A stretch of 64,000 nt of DNA from Cyanophyceae cyanobacterium. Its GTDB lineage: Bacteria > Cyanobacteriota > Cyanobacteriia > Cyanobacteriales > JBHJGN01. Below are positions 60,057 to 64,000 of the stretch, piece by piece. Location of the stretch: assembly GCA_050331735.1 (NCBI GenBank), contig JBHJGN010000024.1, positions 1 through 64,000 on the forward strand, given 5' to 3'. Positions within the stretch are counted from its first letter, which is position 1. Each line of letters begins with the position of its first letter. The position numbers and the translations under genes were made by a program. A model generated the notes under the pieces. It ran no database searches, was not told the origin of the DNA, and saw only the letters and a list, made by a program, of their open reading frames with translations.

Positions 60057-60177
60057 TACCATCTCTGGAAAGTAAAGCGACAGATGCTTAGTAGGGGAAA
60101 AAGGGGAAATCGTTCTCATCAGAACGGGTAAAGGTTTCAGCTCTCTTTTGTTTATGTAGCATCACTAAGAAATGGTA
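60057..60177 (+). mobile_element. MITE family A, diverged copy carrying an extra hairpin
   Basis: TTA|TACCATCTCTGGAAAGTAAAGCGACAGATG...AAGAAATGGTA|TTA. Confidence 0.75.
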
Positions 60178-60255
60178 TTACAGGCTGGCTGATTAATCTT
60201 AAGATCGCCGATGATAGAGTTATTAAGTTGCTCGCTCCCCAACCACTAATCTTAT

Positions 60256-62886
60256 ATGAATAGTCTCAAGCGTATTCGGACCTTGTTTAGTACTCGCTAC
60301 TTAACTAAACGGTCTTTGGATGTTCGCTATGCTTTGGTAGAAGCTTGTGGGATCGGGCTATTTTCGGCACTGGCAGCTCTATTTCTCAAAGAAGGTATTC
60401 GCTGGTTAGGAGGCTGGCGAATTCAGGCGGCTAACGCTGTTGGGGATGGTTTGGCACTGCCGATTGCAGGACTACTGTTTGGGGGATTAGCCGGACTAAT
60501 CGTAGAACAGCTATCGCCAGAGGCAGCAGGAGGAGGAATTCCTCAAGTTAAGGCAGTTTTAGCCCGTTTTTCGCTGCCGCTCAATTTACGGGTCGCGATT
60601 GTTAAAACTGTCAGCACCGTTTTACTGCTCGGAGGAGCCGGTTTAACGCTGGGTCGTCGCGGTCCTACCGTTCATATTGGAGCGGCGCTAGCAGCGCAGC
60701 TTAGCCGCTGGGTTCCGACTTCCCCAGAACACCGTCGTCAGATGATTGCGTCCGGTGCGGCGGCAGGATTAGCGGCTGGGTTTAATACACCTATCGCTGG
60801 TGTTTTATTTGTGGTTGAAGAATTGATGCGGGATATTTCAGGCTTGACCCTGGAAACGGCAATTCTGGCCTCTTTTGTGGGAGCAGTCGTCTCTCGGAGG
60901 ATATTAGGAACTCCAGACGAGATGAATCTCCCCGTTACCATGCTCGATGCCGCTGTGCAGCGTGGTTTCTCGGCTCAGGAAATTCCTTTCTATATTCTCC
61001 TGGGCGTTTTAGCGGGTGTTTTGGGAGGACTGTTTAATCGGGGCGTTCTCTTTAGCATAGCGGTGAATCGTCGTTTGCGTTTGGGAATGCCCTGGCGAAT
61101 TGGGCTTGCAGGTCTTATTTCTGGAGCCGTTATTGCCGCTTTGCCGCCGGTATTCCGGGATAATGCGGGATTGCGGGAGTTCTTGATGATGAGCGAAGGA
61201 GATTGGCAAATCACGGTACTCGTCTTTGTGGTGCATTTCTTGCTAACTCTGCTAGCTTATGGTTCGGGAGCACCGGGAGGATTGTTCGCTCCGGCTTTAG
61301 TCCTCGGCTCGGCTCTGGGCTTTTTGGTCGGGAATGTCCAAGAATTGCTGTTAGGTGTTGGCTCGTCAAATACCTATGCCTTGGCAGGAATGGGCGCTTT
61401 TTTTACGGCTGTCGTGCGAGTGCCGGTGACGGCGATTGTAATCGTTTTTGAGATGACAACAGATTTTAATCTGGTTCTGCCTCTGATGATCGTCTCGGCG
61501 GTGGCTTATGTGGTGGCAGAAAGCGTTTCCAGTGGTTCGCTGTACGAACACCTGTTAGAGCCGAGCGGCATTCAGCTCGATAGCGAGATTCCCAACAATA
61601 TGCTGACTCGCCTAAAAGCAGATGACGTGATGCAGTCTCAGGTAGAGGTTCTCGCCAGCGATTTAACCATCGACGATGTGCTCCAGACAATCTCCCGTTC
61701 TCCCCATCGCGGCTTTCCGGTCGTTGAAGAGGGCAAATTGGTCGGCATAGTAGACCAAGAAAATTTGACGGCGCTGGCACAAAAGTCAGGACAAACTCTC
61801 AAAGAGGTGATGACGCCGCAGCCGATTACAATTTGTCCAACCGCTTCATTAAGCGAAGTGCTGTACTTGCTCAATCGCTATCAGCTCAACCGCCTTCCGG
61901 TGGTCGAAGGTCGAGCCGTGGTTGGAATTATTACCCATAGCGATATTATTCGGGCTGAAGCCAAACAGCTCAGCGGTGATTCTCCCAGCGCCACAGCCCC
62001 CGCTCCTTCCTACGTAGTGTATCAAACTCACTCGCCAGCTACGGGAAAAGGCCGCCTTTTGCTGCCTCTGGCTAATCCGCAAACCGCTGCTGACCTGCTC
62101 GAAATTGCGATCGCCATTGCCTCTTACTATCACTATGAGCTAGAGTGCCTTCAGGTGATCGAAATTCCCAAGCATTGTTTCCCCGACCGGACACCCGTCA
62201 ATACCTTAAACAGCCGTCGTTTGCTGCGGAGAGTAGAAAAGCTCGGTCGAGCGAGGAAAATTCCGGTTCATACTCAAATTAAAGTCGCGCCGGATGCGGC
62301 TGATGCCATTTTAGAAACCATTGCTCAGCGACATATCAACATCGTGCTGACGGGCTGGAAAGGCAGCACGTCTACCCAAGGAGCCGTTTTCGGAAATGTT
62401 GTTGATACTCTCATTCGCAAAGCGGCTTGCGATTTGCTGCTGGTCAAGCCCGGAGAGCCTCTCGATTTTCAGAATATTAGTCAGAAATGGCTCATTCCAA
62501 TTGCTGGAGGTCCAAATGCTCAGCGCGCTCTCGAATTTTTACCAGCTTTAACAGCTCACGACCGCCGCCACGAATCAAACATTTTACTGTGTCAGGTTCA
62601 TTCCCCTGATTCGCCTGCCGATACCACGAATCTGAAGAAAACGGTTGCCTCGCTACAAGAACAGTTAAAATTACCCATTACGCCCGTTCCCATTCGTTCA
62701 CATACCGTGGCCGATGCGGTGATTTGCCTCGCTATGACAGAGAAATGCGATGTCGTGATGCTCGGAGCCAGCCGAGAAGGTTTATTGCAGCAGGTGGTGC
62801 GCGGTAATATTCCACGGGCGATCGCCCGAGAAGTTAGCAGTACCGTAATTTTAGTGCGGGGAGCTTTCACTAAACCTCGCCCCTAA
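60256..62886 (+). CDS. ClC family anion channel/transporter with a CBS pair and USP-like domains
   Basis: GGGIP, GRRGP, GAAAGLAAGFNTP, GGLFAP; CBS (HRGFPVV, RLPVV); C-terminal USP-like folds. Confidence 0.92.
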   Translation: MNSLKRIRTLFSTRYLTKRSLDVRYALVEACGIGLFSALAALFLKEGIRWLGGWRIQAANAVGDGLALPIAGLLFGGLAGLIVEQLSPEAAGGGIPQVKAVLARFSLPLNLRVAIVKTVSTVLLLGGAGLTLGRRGPTVHIGAALAAQLSRWVPTSPEHRRQMIASGAAAGLAAGFNTPIAGVLFVVEELMRDISGLTLETAILASFVGAVVSRRILGTPDEMNLPVTMLDAAVQRGFSAQEIPFYILLGVLAGVLGGLFNRGVLFSIAVNRRLRLGMPWRIGLAGLISGAVIAALPPVFRDNAGLREFLMMSEGDWQITVLVFVVHFLLTLLAYGSGAPGGLFAPALVLGSALGFLVGNVQELLLGVGSSNTYALAGMGAFFTAVVRVPVTAIVIVFEMTTDFNLVLPLMIVSAVAYVVAESVSSGSLYEHLLEPSGIQLDSEIPNNMLTRLKADDVMQSQVEVLASDLTIDDVLQTISRSPHRGFPVVEEGKLVGIVDQENLTALAQKSGQTLKEVMTPQPITICPTASLSEVLYLLNRYQLNRLPVVEGRAVVGIITHSDIIRAEAKQLSGDSPSATAPAPSYVVYQTHSPATGKGRLLLPLANPQTAADLLEIAIAIASYYHYELECLQVIEIPKHCFPDRTPVNTLNSRRLLRRVEKLGRARKIPVHTQIKVAPDAADAILETIAQRHINIVLTGWKGSTSTQGAVFGNVVDTLIRKAACDLLLVKPGEPLDFQNISQKWLIPIAGGPNAQRALEFLPALTAHDRRHESNILLCQVHSPDSPADTTNLKKTVASLQEQLKLPITPVPIRSHTVADAVICLAMTEKCDVVMLGASREGLLQQVVRGNIPRAIAREVSSTVILVRGAFTKPRP

Positions 62887-62982
62887 TTGACACGAACCAC
62901 TCCCTTTAGAAAACTTGGCTCTTGCTGTCTCACCGTTCAAGCGAATGAATCCAATTGAGGTACCATTAACAAGTTTTCCCAA

Positions 62983-63429
62983 TTAGAAGCGAGCAATCAG
63001 AATAACGCCGAGCACGAGAAAAAACGCACCGAGGGAGCGCATAACATTGAGCGGATGCACAGCAAAGCCCAGCCAGCCAAAGTGGTCCAAGGCGATTGAT
63101 AGCAGTAATTGACCCGTCACAAAAAACGAAATCCAAGCCGCTGCTCCAATTTGCGGCGCGACTACCAAAGCGATTGTGACAACTACAGCTCCAATAGCGC
63201 CACCGCAAACCCACAGCCACCAAGGTAGAGCAGACATTTTAGCTGTAGGAGGCAGGGGAACTTGTAAGGTGATAGTGATGCTGATAAGCAAGAACAGCCC
63301 GACGGCAAAAGAGAGCAAGGAAGCTAGCAACGGATTGCCAAGATGACTAGCGACCAGGCTATTGATTCCGGGCTGAATGGCAAAGAGCGCTCCGGCTAAA
63401 AGAGCGGTGATAAGCAAAATAGAGGACAT
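62983..63429 (-). CDS. DMT family (YdcZ-like) transporter
   Basis: QPGINS, PWWLWVCGG, GQLLLSIALDHFGWLG. Confidence 0.88.
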   Translation of the reverse strand: MSSILLITALLAGALFAIQPGINSLVASHLGNPLLASLLSFAVGLFLLISITITLQVPLPPTAKMSALPWWLWVCGGAIGAVVVTIALVVAPQIGAAAWISFFVTGQLLLSIALDHFGWLGFAVHPLNVMRSLGAFFLVLGVILIARF

Positions 63430-63782
63430 TATTGCTTGTAGAAATCAATCACTAAGTCGGTGTAATTACATAAACAATAGACTAATAAACTATTCTTGCG
63501 TGGATTTTGGGATAAAATTACAAACTCAATCATTTTTACTGCTGATTTAAGCAATAAATTGTGGATAATTTCTGATATACGGTACGAGACTTTTACAAGT
63601 CTTAGTAATTAGAAAAATATTTCTAGCCGCACAAATTAGTAAAGACTTTAAGGGTCAAAAGCAGAAATACTGAAGCCAGGAACAAAACTTTTCATTGATC
63701 AGCCTCTCAAGAGTTGGGTGCGGTCGGCGCCAGCATCATTCTTTCTTATCGATTGGTCGAACAGTATCAAAAAGGAAAGTTA

Positions 63783-63924
63783 TACCATTTACCGAAAGTA
63801 GTCAGATAGTTCCTTAAGCTAACCAAGCATTGGAGGTTCAAGGGCAAAGAGCTGCTGTGCTTCCCTTTCCCCTTTACCCCTTCCCCCAACTCATCAAGTC
63901 TCCTATTACTTTTTCTAATTGGTA
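63783..63924 (+). mobile_element. MITE family B
   Basis: Near-identical to 37050-37184 with one extra heptamer unit; TTA on both flanks. Confidence 0.85.
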
Positions 63925-63928
63925 TTAA

Positions 63929-64000
63929 CTAATCAGCTTCCAGCATTTCGATATCTTGAATGGCTCGATTGGCAAGTGCGACAACATCTGAGCCATCAAC
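63929..64000 (-). CDS. Probable 3' end of a gene entering from beyond the window
   Basis: Open frame VDGSDVVALANRAIQDIEMLEAD*; too short to identify. Confidence 0.45.
   Translation of the reverse strand, partial: VDGSDVVALANRAIQDIEMLEAD

Noticed and set aside
1..64000. Frequent GCGATCGC as a novel signal
   Set aside because: This is the well-known cyanobacterial HIP1 octamer; used only as a taxonomic clue.

Overview
Cyanobacterial chromosomal window, judged from abundant HIP1 octamers (GCGATCGC), heptameric STRR-type repeats and a psbA remnant. It opens in the right end of an IS200/IS605 (tnpB) element that overlaps the 3' end of a Crp gene. Left to right it then holds: a doubly frameshifted receiver/kinase; a surface-signalling block (MshEN-like/TPR protein, COP23-like protein, TpsA, TpsB, CHAT protease); further Crp regulators; housekeeping genes (proA, folB, ubiD, tRNA-Asn, map, fbaB); a VOC-BlaI-M56 unit; an SF2 helicase plus small partner of the type usually linked to dnd (phosphorothioation) loci; a 1034-aa HAD-phosphatase/2-phosphoglycerate-kinase-like fusion divergent from treS-maltokinase; a GH13-CBM20 enzyme; a PfpI-AGE pair; three tandem PEP-CTERM amidases preceded by a truncated fourth; an isolated psbA 3' end with its terminator; and a ClC with a substituted gating glutamate. 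Intergenic DNA carries two TACCA-ended MITE families, a polypurine/polypyrimidine repeat studded with covarying 13-14 nt hairpins, and a palindrome also found in-frame inside a kinase gene. No CRISPR array, rRNA or integrase was seen. All calls come from motif recognition by eye, with no database searches.
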